DNA of 63,998 bases, counting the filler, from an uncultured bacterium (lineage in GTDB: Bacteria > CAYJOG01), in assembly GCA_964371695.1 (NCBI GenBank). It is 6 parts of 6 records of this genome, joined end to end, with 100 filler letters (N's around TTAATTAATTAA, not from the genome) between each part and the next. Parts side by side here need not be neighbours in the genome. Positions count along the whole stretch, not along the records: positions 1 to 11,832 come from CAYJOG010000042.1; 5 more parts are not named here. One strand, 5' to 3'. The notes under the pieces were generated by a model. That model was not told where the DNA came from and did no database searches. It saw only the letters and a list, made by a program, of their open reading frames with translations. The position numbers and the translations under genes were made by a program. This document shows positions 1-9,667 of this stretch, piece by piece; within the stretch, counting starts at the first letter, position 1; the number at the start of each line of letters is the position of its first letter.

Positions 1-338
1 GGGGGCGGCAGGTGGGTGAGTCCCCCGGTGGTGGTGTCCTGCGCAAACAGAAAAAGCCCCCCCAGCGGATGTCGGGGAATCATGCCCATGTGCCAGTAAC
101 CCTGGTCGTATCGCCGCAGATGCACGGGAAAGTGGCTTTCCAGAGCAAAACCCCTGAGGTTCAGCAGGCTCAGCAGACTCCAGAAAAACAACAGAGCGAA
201 CAACGCCATGAAAAACAGACGGATGCCCAGCGGGCCGTCTCCCCCCGACCGCAACAGCAGCCCCGCACCAGCGCAGGAAAGAAACAGCAACACCCAGAAC
301 CCTTCCGTGGACTGGGATTTTGCTGTTTTCGGGTTCAT
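1..338 (-). CDS. Partial membrane protein, probable DUF58-type MoxR partner (runs off window)
   Basis: ATG at 338 overlaps the moxR stop (ATGA); own translation MNPKTAKSQSTEGFWVLLFLSCAGAGLLL...LFFMALFALLFFWSLLSLLNL with two hydrophobic helices; DUF58 inferred from context. Confidence 0.6.
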   Translation of the reverse strand, partial: MNPKTAKSQSTEGFWVLLFLSCAGAGLLLRSGGDGPLGIRLFFMALFALLFFWSLLSLLNLRGFALESHFPVHLRRYDQGYWHMGMIPRHPLGGLFLFAQDTTTGGLTHLPP

Positions 339-1306
339 GACACGGGCGTCCGCTGGGTGAGCGCCAGCACGCGGGAGAAGTTTTCCTCCAGGTTGGTGGG
401 TTCGTGGGTGTGGATGATCACCCGGTGGGCCATGACATAAGGCGCGGCGGTTTTGACGTGATCGGGCACCACAAAGGTTTTGCCTTCAAACAGCGCCAGC
501 ACCTGGGCCACCCGCATGAGCGCCAGCGAGCCACGGGGCCCCGCCCCCAACTGGAACTCCTTGGCCTGACGCGTGGCGGCCACCAGCCGCAGCAGATAAT
601 TCGCCACCATGTCGCTCACGGCCACCCGCTTGGCGCGGTCAATCAGCGTGCGCAGGCCCTCCAGCGAAACCACTTCCTGCACGCTTTCCAGCGGATGCAC
701 CAGCCGTTGTGAGAGCAGGATTTTTTTCTCGCTGGCGGCGTCGGGATAATAAATCATCAGCCCCACCAGAAAACGGTCCAGTTGGGCTTCGGGCAGCGGA
801 TAGGTGCCTTCCATCTCCAGGGGGTTTTGTGTGGCGATGACGTGAAACACCTGGGGCAGGCGCAGGGTTTTGCCGTCCATGGTCACCTGCCGCTCGGCCA
901 TGGCCTCCAGCAGGGCGGCCTGTGTGCGGGGGGCGGCGCGATTGATTTCATCGGCCAGCAGAATGTTGGTCATGATGGGGCCAAGGCGCAGGTCGAAGTT
1001 CTGGGTTTTCTGGTTGAAGATGTGGCTGCCGGTGATGTCCGAGGGCATCACGTCCACGGTGAACTGCACCCGGTTCTGCGTGCCCCCCACAATGCGGGCC
1101 AGAGCCTTGGCCAACACGGTTTTGCCAGTGCCGGGGTTGCCGGTGAGCAGGGTGTGGCCATCGGCCACCAGCGACGCCACAATGAACATGGGCACCAGAT
1201 CAGGGCCAAAAAAGGTCTTTTTCAGTTCCCCCGCCATGGTGCGCAGAATTTTTGAAGATTCCTGGGCCTCTTCGGCGCTCAGCGTGGGGTTGTCGGTTTG
1301 GGACAT
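335..1306 (-). CDS. moxR: MoxR-family AAA+ ATPase
   Basis: Walker A GNPGTGKT, RVQFTVDVMPSDITG, LLADEINRA, ATQNPLEMEGTYPLPEAQLDRF. Confidence 0.95.
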   Translation of the reverse strand: MSQTDNPTLSAEEAQESSKILRTMAGELKKTFFGPDLVPMFIVASLVADGHTLLTGNPGTGKTVLAKALARIVGGTQNRVQFTVDVMPSDITGSHIFNQKTQNFDLRLGPIMTNILLADEINRAAPRTQAALLEAMAERQVTMDGKTLRLPQVFHVIATQNPLEMEGTYPLPEAQLDRFLVGLMIYYPDAASEKKILLSQRLVHPLESVQEVVSLEGLRTLIDRAKRVAVSDMVANYLLRLVAATRQAKEFQLGAGPRGSLALMRVAQVLALFEGKTFVVPDHVKTAAPYVMAHRVIIHTHEPTNLEENFSRVLALTQRTPVS

Positions 1307-1328
1307 GGGTGTTTTTTTCTGTTCAAGA

Positions 1329-1832
1329 CTATTTTAGGGGCTGTTTCCGGCGTTCGCGAAGTGAGGATTTGTTGTGGGTTTTGGGTGGTTCAGAAACTGG
1401 TTGCAGGTTTCGCCGCAAGTCCTCCATCAAACCTTTCCGGTCTTTTTGGATTCTCTCGATAAAAGCTGGGGGTGCGGCGGTGTGGGGGTCATACTTTGCC
1501 CCCCATTCAATGAGCGCCAACAGCAGGGGAATGAGGTCCACGCCTTTATCGGTCAGTGTGTAGATCACCCGCCGCCCATGGTCTGGATCGGGATTACGTG
1601 CGACAATGCCCGCTGCCTCCAGATTTTTCAGCCGATCAGCCAATATGTTGGTGGCGATACCTTCAGGAGAATCGAGAAATTCGCGGTAATGGCGCTTTTG
1701 GCGAAAAACCATGTCGCGAATCACCAGCAGCGTCCATTGATCCCCCAACATCTCAAGACTGAAGGAGATGGGACAGGCGGAGCGTTTGCAGGAAGGTTTT
1801 TTCGTCACAGAATTTTTACTTGCAATTGACAA
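1329..1832 (-). CDS. HxlR-family winged-HTH regulator (start may be GTG ~1808)
   Basis: RSACPISFSLEMLGDQWTLLVIRD, EGIATNILADRLKNLE, YTLTDKG; divergent from GST. Confidence 0.9.
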   Translation of the reverse strand: MSIASKNSVTKKPSCKRSACPISFSLEMLGDQWTLLVIRDMVFRQKRHYREFLDSPEGIATNILADRLKNLEAAGIVARNPDPDHGRRVIYTLTDKGVDLIPLLLALIEWGAKYDPHTAAPPAFIERIQKDRKGLMEDLRRNLQPVSEPPKTHNKSSLRERRKQPLK

Positions 1833-1878
1833 CCATTCCGATATTATACTTGCAAATCACAATCACTCGGAGGCTTTG

Positions 1879-2532
1879 ATGGAACTTTACTACGTTGTGG
1901 GCTCGCCCAACTGCCGAAAGGTTCATGCCGTGATTCACCAACTCGGCCTGAACGTGAACTTTCGCTACCTTGATTTTTTTGCTGGGCATTTGCAGCAGAC
2001 GGAATTCCTGAGGATGAACCCGAACGGCATGGTGCCAGTGCTCAGGGACGGCGATTTTGTTTTGTGGGAGTCCAACGCCATCATGCAGTATCTGGCCGAT
2101 GTTTCGGCGGGTGGAGAAACCCTTTTGCCCCGCGACGCCAAAGGGCGGGCGGACGTGACCCGGTGGTTGTGCTGGGAACTGGCGCACTTCAACAAAGCTT
2201 TTGGCGTGTTGTCGTTTGAAACCGTGGCCAAGCCCGGCTTCATGGCCCTGCCTCCCGACGAAGGGGCTGTGGCGTGGGCCAAAGGCGAACTGGCCCGTTA
2301 TGCGGCGGTGCTGCAGAACCACCTGAAAGATCGCAAATTTCTGGTAGGGGACCACGTGACGTTGGCGGATTACGCCATGATTCATGTGGAATCTTTCAAG
2401 GAGATGGTGCCATTTGACTGGTCACCGTTTCCTGCCGTCAACGCTTACTTTGACCACATGCGGCAAAACCCCCATTGGCAACAATCGGCCCCCGCTGGTC
2501 CTGAGGCCATGGGCCGGATTCCCAAAAGCTGA
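1879..2532 (+). CDS. Glutathione S-transferase family protein
   Basis: GSPNCRKV, MNPNGMVPVL, LWESNAIMQYLA, TLAD; GGAGG SD before ATG 1879. Confidence 0.92.
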   Translation: MELYYVVGSPNCRKVHAVIHQLGLNVNFRYLDFFAGHLQQTEFLRMNPNGMVPVLRDGDFVLWESNAIMQYLADVSAGGETLLPRDAKGRADVTRWLCWELAHFNKAFGVLSFETVAKPGFMALPPDEGAVAWAKGELARYAAVLQNHLKDRKFLVGDHVTLADYAMIHVESFKEMVPFDWSPFPAVNAYFDHMRQNPHWQQSAPAGPEAMGRIPKS

Positions 2533-2566
2533 GCGGCGTTGCCCCTGTCTCCAAAACCTCTGGCGC

Positions 2567-3115
2567 TTATCTGAACTGCGTCAATCCTTCGTTTGTCGCC
2601 TCCACCAGCTTCTGGCGCAAATCGGCGTTGTTGTTGAGTTCCTTGATGAGGTATTTCTCCAGCGGGCGCGGCAACAGGGGGCTTTTGATGCGCGAAAGCC
2701 CCAGGCGGGCGTCTTTGGCCTTCAGGTTTTTGAGGGGATATTTGCCGTCCAGCTCTATGGCCGGGCTGAGATAAAAATCCACCGGCAGCTTGCCCGCAGC
2801 GGTATGCACCCTGGCCTTGAGGTGCTGCTGGGGCAGCGTGAGCACTTTTTTGATGAACACCTGCTCAAGCACCTTGGGGGAAAAATCCAGGTTTAGCTCC
2901 ATGTCAAAATCCACCCCTTTGGCCAGCCCCAGGGTGTTTTCCTTCATTTTTCCGCCGTCGTCGAAATGGTGGTGAATGGTGCAGAACATGCGCTTGCCCT
3001 TTTGCTCGAAAAGGCCGTCTGGTGTGTTCAAACATTTGGGCAGGGTGTTCGCCCCGTGGCCCGCCACCGCGCCGCCAAACAGCAGCACCAAAGCCAGAAT
3101 GCCTTTTTTGAGCAT
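2567..3115 (-). CDS. Secreted hypothetical protein
   Basis: Signal peptide MLKKGILALVLLFGGAVAGHG; TACAAT 6 nt before ATG. Confidence 0.7.
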   Translation of the reverse strand: MLKKGILALVLLFGGAVAGHGANTLPKCLNTPDGLFEQKGKRMFCTIHHHFDDGGKMKENTLGLAKGVDFDMELNLDFSPKVLEQVFIKKVLTLPQQHLKARVHTAAGKLPVDFYLSPAIELDGKYPLKNLKAKDARLGLSRIKSPLLPRPLEKYLIKELNNNADLRQKLVEATNEGLTQFR

Positions 3116-3156
3116 GACAGCATTGTAATGAAGCCCGGCGGTTTGGTCAGGGAAGC

Positions 3157-3711
3157 TCAATAATTCCGAATCAGCGCCACGGCCACACCCTGCACCTGCA
3201 CGTCGTGCAGCGGATAGGTCTGCACCGGATAGTTGGGGTTGGCGGGAATCAACTCCACGTTGCTGGCGTTTTTTTGCAGACGCTTGAGGGTGGCTTCTTC
3301 GCCCCGCACCAGGGCCACCACCATGTCACCGCTTCTCGCTTCGCGCTGGCGGTCCACCACCACAATATCCCCCTCAAACACGTTGGCGTCCACCATGCTG
3401 TCGCCGGTCACATGCAGGGCAAACAGTTCACGCCCCAGAGAGGGAATGTTCAGCTCCGGTGCGCTCGCCAGGGGCAGGGCCACCTCAGAGGGGGCGTTGT
3501 CCACCACCTTGATGGTGCGGCGACTGCCGGGGGGGTGTTCCAGATAGCCGTTTTCCACCAGCACCCGCACCATGCGGTGCGCCCCGGCAATGCCGCCCAA
3601 CTGGCACCCCTGGCTGATCTCCTCCAGCGTTGGCCCGTGGTTGTGCTCCAGAATGTAGCGCTGGATGAATCGCAGGGTAGACGCCTGACGGGCGGTTAGT
3701 TTTTTGGCCAC
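3157..3711 (-). CDS. lexA: LexA-like repressor (wHTH + S24 peptidase) lacking the Ala-Gly site
   Basis: LTARQ...PTLEEI N-terminus, GDSM (Ser), EATLKRL (Lys), LIPANPNY; start set at GTG 3711. Confidence 0.85.
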   Translation of the reverse strand: MAKKLTARQASTLRFIQRYILEHNHGPTLEEISQGCQLGGIAGAHRMVRVLVENGYLEHPPGSRRTIKVVDNAPSEVALPLASAPELNIPSLGRELFALHVTGDSMVDANVFEGDIVVVDRQREARSGDMVVALVRGEEATLKRLQKNASNVELIPANPNYPVQTYPLHDVQVQGVAVALIRNY

Positions 3712-3759
3712 GACAGGATGATAGCGGCTGTGGGCGGCTTTTTTCAAAGCCGGGGGCGT

Positions 3760-4776
3760 TCAGACAGTGCTCAGCACGCGGTGAATGTCCTTCACCGCGT
3801 CTGTTTCCTGTTCAAGAGCCTGGCCTAGCAAACCGGCCGCCTCGGCAAACCCCTGGGGGCTGGGGGCTTCGCTGGTGGTTTTGAGGACCTCCGCTGCCCC
3901 GGTCCACAGGTCTGCTGACCGGTCCATGGCCTGGGCCGCGCCCGACAGGGCGGGCCTTGAGGCGGCCACGTCCTTCAGCCACTCGGCATAAAGCCGTCGG
4001 AAGGCCCCCCCGCCCGTGCCCCGGCGCTCGATCACCTGATAGGTCCACCGGGCCACCCAGTCCGCGTCGGGCGCTTCGTGGAAATCAGGCATTTCCCGCA
4101 CCAGTTTTTCCAGCGCAGACAGGCCCATCAGGGCCTTCAATTGGGTATCGCCCCGTCGGTGGGCGGCCCAGCGGGTGATGGCGTTTTGTTTGACTTCTTC
4201 AGAAAGGCTGGCGGGCAGGGCTGCGCCGGGAGCCAGATAAAACGCATTGCCCATGAGCGGCAGCGGCGGGGCCTGGCTGAAACGGGCCTTCATCAGCAAC
4301 TTGAAGGGCACCGGCTGAAGCCCCTCAAACTGCGTGTCGGCCACCAGCACTTCTTCTTTTTCCTGGTCATAACCCGCCGCCACAATCACGTGGCCGTTGA
4401 AGTGCGTGGTGGTGTCGTAGTGAGGCAGATAACGGATGTCCGTTTGCAGCAACACCGGATGATCACTGGCCAGCACGCTCAGTAGTTCTTCGTGGGTCTG
4501 GGCCTTGTCTTTGTAAAACTTCCAGTCAAAGGGCACGCCCAGGGCGGTGAAGGCGTCTTTTTCCAGCACCGGGTTGCGGGGCAGAAAAAACCGCGAAGGG
4601 CTTAAACCCGGCAGGGCCAGACAGGCCCCTCCCGGCGCACCCCCCAGGCCAATGGCGTCGGTCTCTTTGACTGACAGGCCGTGGACACGAAAAAAATCCG
4701 CCAGCGCCGTGCTGCCACAGTGCCTGCCCGGCACATGGGTGAAACCCTCCACAACATGCCGCTTGGGTAGCGTCAC
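3760..4776 (-). CDS. BtrH_N/DUF4872-type papain-like putative peptidase
   Basis: GRHCGSTAL (Cys), LPHYDTTTHFNGHVIVAAGYD (His), VADT, IERRGTGGGAFRRLYAEWL. Confidence 0.8.
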   Translation of the reverse strand: MTLPKRHVVEGFTHVPGRHCGSTALADFFRVHGLSVKETDAIGLGGAPGGACLALPGLSPSRFFLPRNPVLEKDAFTALGVPFDWKFYKDKAQTHEELLSVLASDHPVLLQTDIRYLPHYDTTTHFNGHVIVAAGYDQEKEEVLVADTQFEGLQPVPFKLLMKARFSQAPPLPLMGNAFYLAPGAALPASLSEEVKQNAITRWAAHRRGDTQLKALMGLSALEKLVREMPDFHEAPDADWVARWTYQVIERRGTGGGAFRRLYAEWLKDVAASRPALSGAAQAMDRSADLWTGAAEVLKTTSEAPSPQGFAEAAGLLGQALEQETDAVKDIHRVLSTV

Positions 4777-4786
4777 GGCTTATACC

Positions 4787-4948
4787 GATTCCAATTCCTG
4801 GTAACAGGAATTGGAATCTTTTATTTGGCCTCGCCATTCGTCGTGAATGGCATCGGCCCGGCGCGGCGCAGGCAAAGCCTGCTTGCGCCGCGAACACCTC
4901 CGGCCCTGTCCGGGCCTCGGTGTTCGAATCGAATTCATCCATGAATTC
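4787..4948. repeat. Cluster of four intergenic hairpins
   Basis: GATTCCAATTCCTG-gtaa-CAGGAATTGGAATC (4787-4818), GCCATTC/GAATGGC, CGGCGCAGGCA/TGCTTGCGCCG, GAATTCAT-cc-ATGAATTC (4931-4948). Confidence 0.7.
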
Positions 4949-5043
4949 ATACCAATTCTTCTCACCCTTCCTGGTTTCATCCTGCTTTCCTGTCAATCAA
5001 CCCTTCTGGCAGATTAATAACATCATTGGATCAGAATTGGTAT
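4949..5043. mobile_element. Short MITE-like element, TACCAATT-type ends
   Basis: 11-bp perfect terminal inverted repeat ATACCAATTCT...AGAATTGGTAT; related ends at 23651-23743 and 58655-58693. Confidence 0.5.
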
Positions 5044-5894
5044 TAATACTCGTAAAACCCCTTTTTGGTTTTGCGCCCCAGTTCGCCTTTGGCGACTTTT
5101 TCCTCCAGCAGGGTGCTGGGTTTGAAGCGGTCGTCCTTCAGGCCGTCGTACATGTTGCGCATGATCTCCAGGCACACGTCCAGGCCCACCAGGTCTCCCA
5201 GCGAAAGCGGCCCGATGGGGTGGTTTGCTCCCAGCTTCATGGCCTCGTCAATGGCCTCGCGGGTGGCCACGCCCCGGCTCAGCAGTTCGGCGGCGTTGTT
5301 GATGATGGGAATCAGCAGGTTGTTCACAATGAAGCCGGGGCTGTCCTTCACCTGCACGCCGCTTTTTTCCAGGTCTTCGCACAGCGCCTCGATGGCCTGA
5401 AGCGTGGGGGCGTCGGTGTCTTTGCCCACCACAATCTCCACCAGCTTCATGAGGGGCACCGGGTTGAAGAAGTGCATGCCGATGAAGCGGTTGGGGTGAT
5501 TCAGTTCCGCCGCCAGAGTGTCTACCGAAAGCGAGCTGGTGTTGGTGGCGATGATGGTTTTTTCGTCCACCACGGCTTCGAGTTCCTTGAGCATGGCCAC
5601 CTTGCGGTCGTGAATCTCGGCGATGCTTTCAATCACGATGGGCAGGCCCTTGAGGCTGTCCATGGAAGCGCTGGTGGTGATGTTGGCCAGGGCGGCCGCT
5701 TTGTCTTCAGCACTGATCTTGCCTTTTTCGGCCAGTTTTTCGAGGGCTTTTTCTACACGGCCCAGGCCCTTTTTCACAGATTCTTCGCTGTGGGAAACCA
5801 GAATCACTTTGACGCCCTTTTGGGCGGCCAGTTGAGCCAGACCAGCCCCCATGGTGCCGGGACCGATGACGCCGATGGTGCGTGTGTTGGACAT
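5043..5894 (-). CDS. hbd: 3-hydroxybutyryl-CoA / 3-hydroxyacyl-CoA dehydrogenase
   Basis: GPGTMGAG Rossmann, ATNTSSLS, GMHFFNPVPLMKLVE, DLVGLDV, GRKTKKGFY. Confidence 0.93.
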   Translation of the reverse strand: MSNTRTIGVIGPGTMGAGLAQLAAQKGVKVILVSHSEESVKKGLGRVEKALEKLAEKGKISAEDKAAALANITTSASMDSLKGLPIVIESIAEIHDRKVAMLKELEAVVDEKTIIATNTSSLSVDTLAAELNHPNRFIGMHFFNPVPLMKLVEIVVGKDTDAPTLQAIEALCEDLEKSGVQVKDSPGFIVNNLLIPIINNAAELLSRGVATREAIDEAMKLGANHPIGPLSLGDLVGLDVCLEIMRNMYDGLKDDRFKPSTLLEEKVAKGELGRKTKKGFYEY

Positions 5895-5996
5895 GATGAA
5901 ACCTCCTGGGTCAAAAAAGAGCCGGAATTATACACAGGACGCAGACAATCCAAGGCTGCGGCTTGGCCAAGGCCGCTCACCCGTTACAATTGCTCT

Positions 5997-6581
5997 GTGC
6001 GCCGGTTCGCCCTCTTCCTTTCCATGGCCTGTCTGCTCACCGCTGGCGACTCACGGCCCCAGGCGGGCCAGCGGCATTACGGCCTCAGGGACTGCCGGGT
6101 GCGGGAGGCCCCCCTTGTCCACACGCCAGAGGGTTTTGAAGACCGCCCCTTCTCGCGCCAGAAGGCCCCCGGCCTGCTGCTTTCCTTTTCCAAAAAAACG
6201 GACGCAGGCGAAAACACCCTGGAAGTCCAGGCTGTCCCCAAAAACCATGTCTCCCGCCCCACGCTTGAAGAAGTCGAAGACACCGACCTCACCGCCTTTG
6301 GCAAAGAAGACGCCCGGATCATCGTGGAGCTTCAGCCGCCGGTGAAACTCACCCGCCGGCACACCGCCCTGGTGCGACGCGTGCGCAGCCCCGCCACGGG
6401 CAAATGGGCCATGGTGGCCTGGGTGGACGCCTCCCGCGAGGTGATCCGCGTGACGCTGCTGTCTTCCAATCAGGCGGCCTGGGCCGAAGGTGAAGACGCG
6501 TTTTATGAAGTGCTGGGCAACACGTTTCACAAGTTTCAGGACCCCCCGCGTTTCAAGGTGGTGGGCTGCGAAACGCTGTGA
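5997..6581 (+). CDS. Secreted hypothetical protein
   Basis: GTG 5997 gives signal-like MRRFALFLSMACLLTAG; stop overlaps next start (GTGA); upstream part of ORF 4920-6581 is antisense shadow of hbd. Confidence 0.65.
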   Translation: MRRFALFLSMACLLTAGDSRPQAGQRHYGLRDCRVREAPLVHTPEGFEDRPFSRQKAPGLLLSFSKKTDAGENTLEVQAVPKNHVSRPTLEEVEDTDLTAFGKEDARIIVELQPPVKLTRRHTALVRRVRSPATGKWAMVAWVDASREVIRVTLLSSNQAAWAEGEDAFYEVLGNTFHKFQDPPRFKVVGCETL

Positions 6582-9500
6582 AAGGCGGGTTGTTCATGGC
6601 CGGGCGATGGAAAACCCTGTTGGCGTGCCTGGGCCTGTTGTTGTCCCTCGCCTCGCCCCTCAAAGCCGAGCCGCTTTCCGAGGCGTTGCTGGGTCAGTCC
6701 TCTCGCCTGTTGATGGAGGGCAAAGCCAAAGAAGCCCTGTCCCTGCTGGACGCCGCCGAGACCACCCCCGCCACGTCCCCTGGCCTGCTGGCCCTGCGCA
6801 ACAACTTTCAGGCCCGTGCGCTGGAAAACCTGGGCCGCCCGATGCTGGCGCTCAAAAAAATCCAGGCGGGTGTGGCCCTGCTGCGCCAGCTTCCGCCCGG
6901 CGACAAACAGCGGATGATGGGCCTGGGCGCGCTGCTGGGTCAGGAGGCCCTGCTGCGCCGCTCGGTGTGGCGGCCAGATCACGAGGCCTTCCTCAAGAAC
7001 TGGCGCACCGAAACCAGCCCCCCCCTGTCCCGTCTGGTCAAGGCCGCCTCTGACCTGGGCCAAAGCAGGCTGGCTGTTTCCTGGTCACGGGAGCTGGCCG
7101 CCGCCGAGCCGCTTTCTTTCACCGCGTCGCAGATTCTGGTGAACACGCTGCTGGAGGCCGGGTCTGCCGCCCAGGCCCTGAGCGCCGCCGCCACCATGAA
7201 AAAACTGGCGGCAAGCGACGAAGACCGGGCCGGGGCCGCCGTGAGCGAAGCGCTGGTGTGGATCACCCTGTTGCAACCCGCCCAGGCCCGGCAGGTGCTC
7301 GAAAAACAGGCCGGGAAAAACCTCTCACCCCTCATGGCGGCCAAACTGAGCCACACCCGCGCCATTGCCCTGGCACTGGATGGCCGCGCCACTCCGGCCC
7401 TGGCGCTGCTGGACAAAGCCTTTTCGATTTCACAATCCCTCAAGGACAACGCCGCCCTGCTGGTGAAAGAAGGCAGGGTCCCCCCGGCTTTTTTCCGCGA
7501 CGCTGAAGTCAAAACCCTGGACCTGCAAACCGGCCTGTGGGCCGAACGGGCGCGCATCAACCTGCTGCTGGGGCGTTTCAAAGAAGCCCGCGACAACTAC
7601 ACCCAGGCCCTGGCCCTGCACCCGCCCTTTGGCCAGCAGTTGCAGATGCTCACCTCGCGGGGCGTGGTGCTGGAGCGACAGGGCTTTGCCCGAAGCGCCC
7701 TCGTGGAGCACAACAACGTGGCGTCTCTGGCGGCCCGTAGCGGCCTGTGGCGACGGGTGGCGGAATCTCTCAACAATCAGGCCACGGCAGCCCGCGAGGC
7801 CGGGCTGCTCACCGAGGCCCTGCGCCGCCAGTGGGCCGCCCTGTGGGTGGATGACCTGATGGGCGACCTATCCGGCAAGGCGGTGGATTACGAAAACATC
7901 GCCCGGCTGTGGCTGCTCAAGAACAAACCCGCATTGGCCAGGGGATACATCCAAAAAGCCAAACGCACCCAAAAAGAGGCCGATTATCTGCTCAAGCTGC
8001 GTTTTGGCCGCACCGAGGGCGAAGCCTGCCGCCGCCTGGGCGACACCACCTGCGCCAAACGGGTGTTCGCCGAAACCGCCCAGGAGGCCGCCACCGGGGG
8101 CGCGCTGGATTTTCTGTGGATGGCCCAGGCGGGTCTGGCCCGGTCACTGCGGGATGAAGGCGCGCTCTCTGAGAGCGCAGGTGTATTTGAAGCCGCCCTC
8201 ACCACCATAGACACCATGCGCCTTTTGAGCGGCGCAAGCGCTGAGGAACGGGCGCGTTTTTTGCTGGAACGCCTGCCGGTGTATGAAGACCTGATGCGGG
8301 TGTATCTGAAGCAGGGTCGGTTTGAAGAGGCCTTTGCCACCCTGGAACGCATGCGCGCCCGCACCCTGCTGGACCGTCTGCAACAAAGCGGCAGCCGCCT
8401 GGACGAAGAACTCACCCCCAACGAGCGGGACACCGAACGGTTGCTGGAACTGGCCACCCGACTGTCTTTTGAGGAACTCAACACCACCCGTGCGCCAGAG
8501 GCCCGGCGGCGTTATGAAGAAACCCTCGCCCGGCTGGAAAACCACCGACGCTTGCTGGACAAAAAATATCCCAAGCTGGCGTTCTTCCGGGGCCGGGGCG
8601 GGCGGCCCTCGCCGGGTGTGGTGGCGAAATATCTGGGGCCAAAAGACCTGCTGCTGATTCAGCACACCACCGAAGAAGGCACGGTGCTTTTTGGCCTGGG
8701 CAAAACCAGATTCCAGACCTGGGAAATCCCCGCCCTCAAAAAGTCGGCACTCCGGTTGCTGGTGCAGGACCGCCTGCGGGCCAGCATTGCCCAGGGGGTG
8801 TGGGCCATGCCCCAGGAACGGGCCGCCCAGGGGTTGTATCGCACGCTGCTGGAGCCGGTGCTGGCGACTTTTCAGGACACGGACACACTGCTGTTCAGCC
8901 CTGATGAAATCCTCTCGGAACTCCCCCTGGGTGTGCTGATGACGCCAGACGGCCAGTTTCTTGCACAAAAAATGGCCGTGCTGAATGTACCCAGCGCAAC
9001 CACCTGGACCTACTCCCGCTCCCTCAGGGGAGCACCCAGCAAAAAGTCCCAATGGCTGGTGCTGGCCAATCCCAGGTTTGCCGACAAGGCCCTGGCCCCT
9101 CTGAAAGGCACCGAGGTGGAAGCCCGCAAGCTCAAGTCTCTTTATCCAGGACCGGTGCAGTTGTTCACCCAGCAACAGGCCACCGAAAACACGATTCAGA
9201 AACGGGGAGACAAAGCCGCCCTGCTGCACTTCGCCACCCACGGCCTGCTGAATGCCGCCAACCCCATGATGAGCAAGGTGGCCCTGGCGCGGGACGACCG
9301 GGGCGGTGGAGATGGTTTTCTGGAGGTGCGGGAGATTCTGGACCTGGACCTGCGGGCCTCGCTGGTGGTGCTCAGCGCATGCGACAGCGCACGGGGCGAG
9401 GCATTGGCGGGCGAGGGATTGCAGGGCTTGGCCCAGGCTTTTTTAAGGGCGGGCGCGCCCCGCGTGATGGCCACCCTGTGGGAAGTCAACGACCAGTCAA

Positions 9501-9667
9501 CTTCATTTCTGGTGCAACACTTCTACGCCAACCTCAAAAAACAGTCCGTGGCCAGGGCACTGCAAAGCGCCCAGCAGCAGACCATGGCCAAATTCGGCCC
9601 CAATCCTTTTTTCTGGGCTCCTTTTGTGTTGCTGGGGCCTGGCTGGGAAGGAGACCTGGGTGGGTGA
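6578..9667 (+). CDS. Secreted TPR + CHAT (caspase-like) domain protein
   Basis: Signal peptide, helical TPR-like repeats, ERMRARTLLD, LHFATHG (His), VVLSACDS (Cys), ATLWEVND, FFWAPF. Confidence 0.92.
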   Translation: MKGGLFMAGRWKTLLACLGLLLSLASPLKAEPLSEALLGQSSRLLMEGKAKEALSLLDAAETTPATSPGLLALRNNFQARALENLGRPMLALKKIQAGVALLRQLPPGDKQRMMGLGALLGQEALLRRSVWRPDHEAFLKNWRTETSPPLSRLVKAASDLGQSRLAVSWSRELAAAEPLSFTASQILVNTLLEAGSAAQALSAAATMKKLAASDEDRAGAAVSEALVWITLLQPAQARQVLEKQAGKNLSPLMAAKLSHTRAIALALDGRATPALALLDKAFSISQSLKDNAALLVKEGRVPPAFFRDAEVKTLDLQTGLWAERARINLLLGRFKEARDNYTQALALHPPFGQQLQMLTSRGVVLERQGFARSALVEHNNVASLAARSGLWRRVAESLNNQATAAREAGLLTEALRRQWAALWVDDLMGDLSGKAVDYENIARLWLLKNKPALARGYIQKAKRTQKEADYLLKLRFGRTEGEACRRLGDTTCAKRVFAETAQEAATGGALDFLWMAQAGLARSLRDEGALSESAGVFEAALTTIDTMRLLSGASAEERARFLLERLPVYEDLMRVYLKQGRFEEAFATLERMRARTLLDRLQQSGSRLDEELTPNERDTERLLELATRLSFEELNTTRAPEARRRYEETLARLENHRRLLDKKYPKLAFFRGRGGRPSPGVVAKYLGPKDLLLIQHTTEEGTVLFGLGKTRFQTWEIPALKKSALRLLVQDRLRASIAQGVWAMPQERAAQGLYRTLLEPVLATFQDTDTLLFSPDEILSELPLGVLMTPDGQFLAQKMAVLNVPSATTWTYSRSLRGAPSKKSQWLVLANPRFADKALAPLKGTEVEARKLKSLYPGPVQLFTQQQATENTIQKRGDKAALLHFATHGLLNAANPMMSKVALARDDRGGGDGFLEVREILDLDLRASLVVLSACDSARGEALAGEGLQGLAQAFLRAGAPRVMATLWEVNDQSTSFLVQHFYANLKKQSVARALQSAQQQTMAKFGPNPFFWAPFVLLGPGWEGDLGG

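Noticed and set aside
1817..1855. TACTTGCAA direct repeat between hxlR and GST as an operator
   Set aside because: Plausible, but only 9 bp twice in AT-rich DNA; not enough support without homologous promoters
4526..4996. Short ORFs 4780-4980 and 4526-4996
   Set aside because: Run through hairpin/MITE sequence with no recognisable features
4920..6000. Long ORFs such as the 5' part of 4920-6581, 13929-15443, 18992-20581, 32124-33884, 35770-37434, 45183-46841, 51257-52900 and 59247-61286
   Set aside because: Antisense shadows of well-supported genes in GC-rich DNA, with no motifs
6578..9667. TPR-CHAT as a Craspase (type III-E CRISPR) component
   Set aside because: No cas genes or array on the contig, and the protein has a signal peptide
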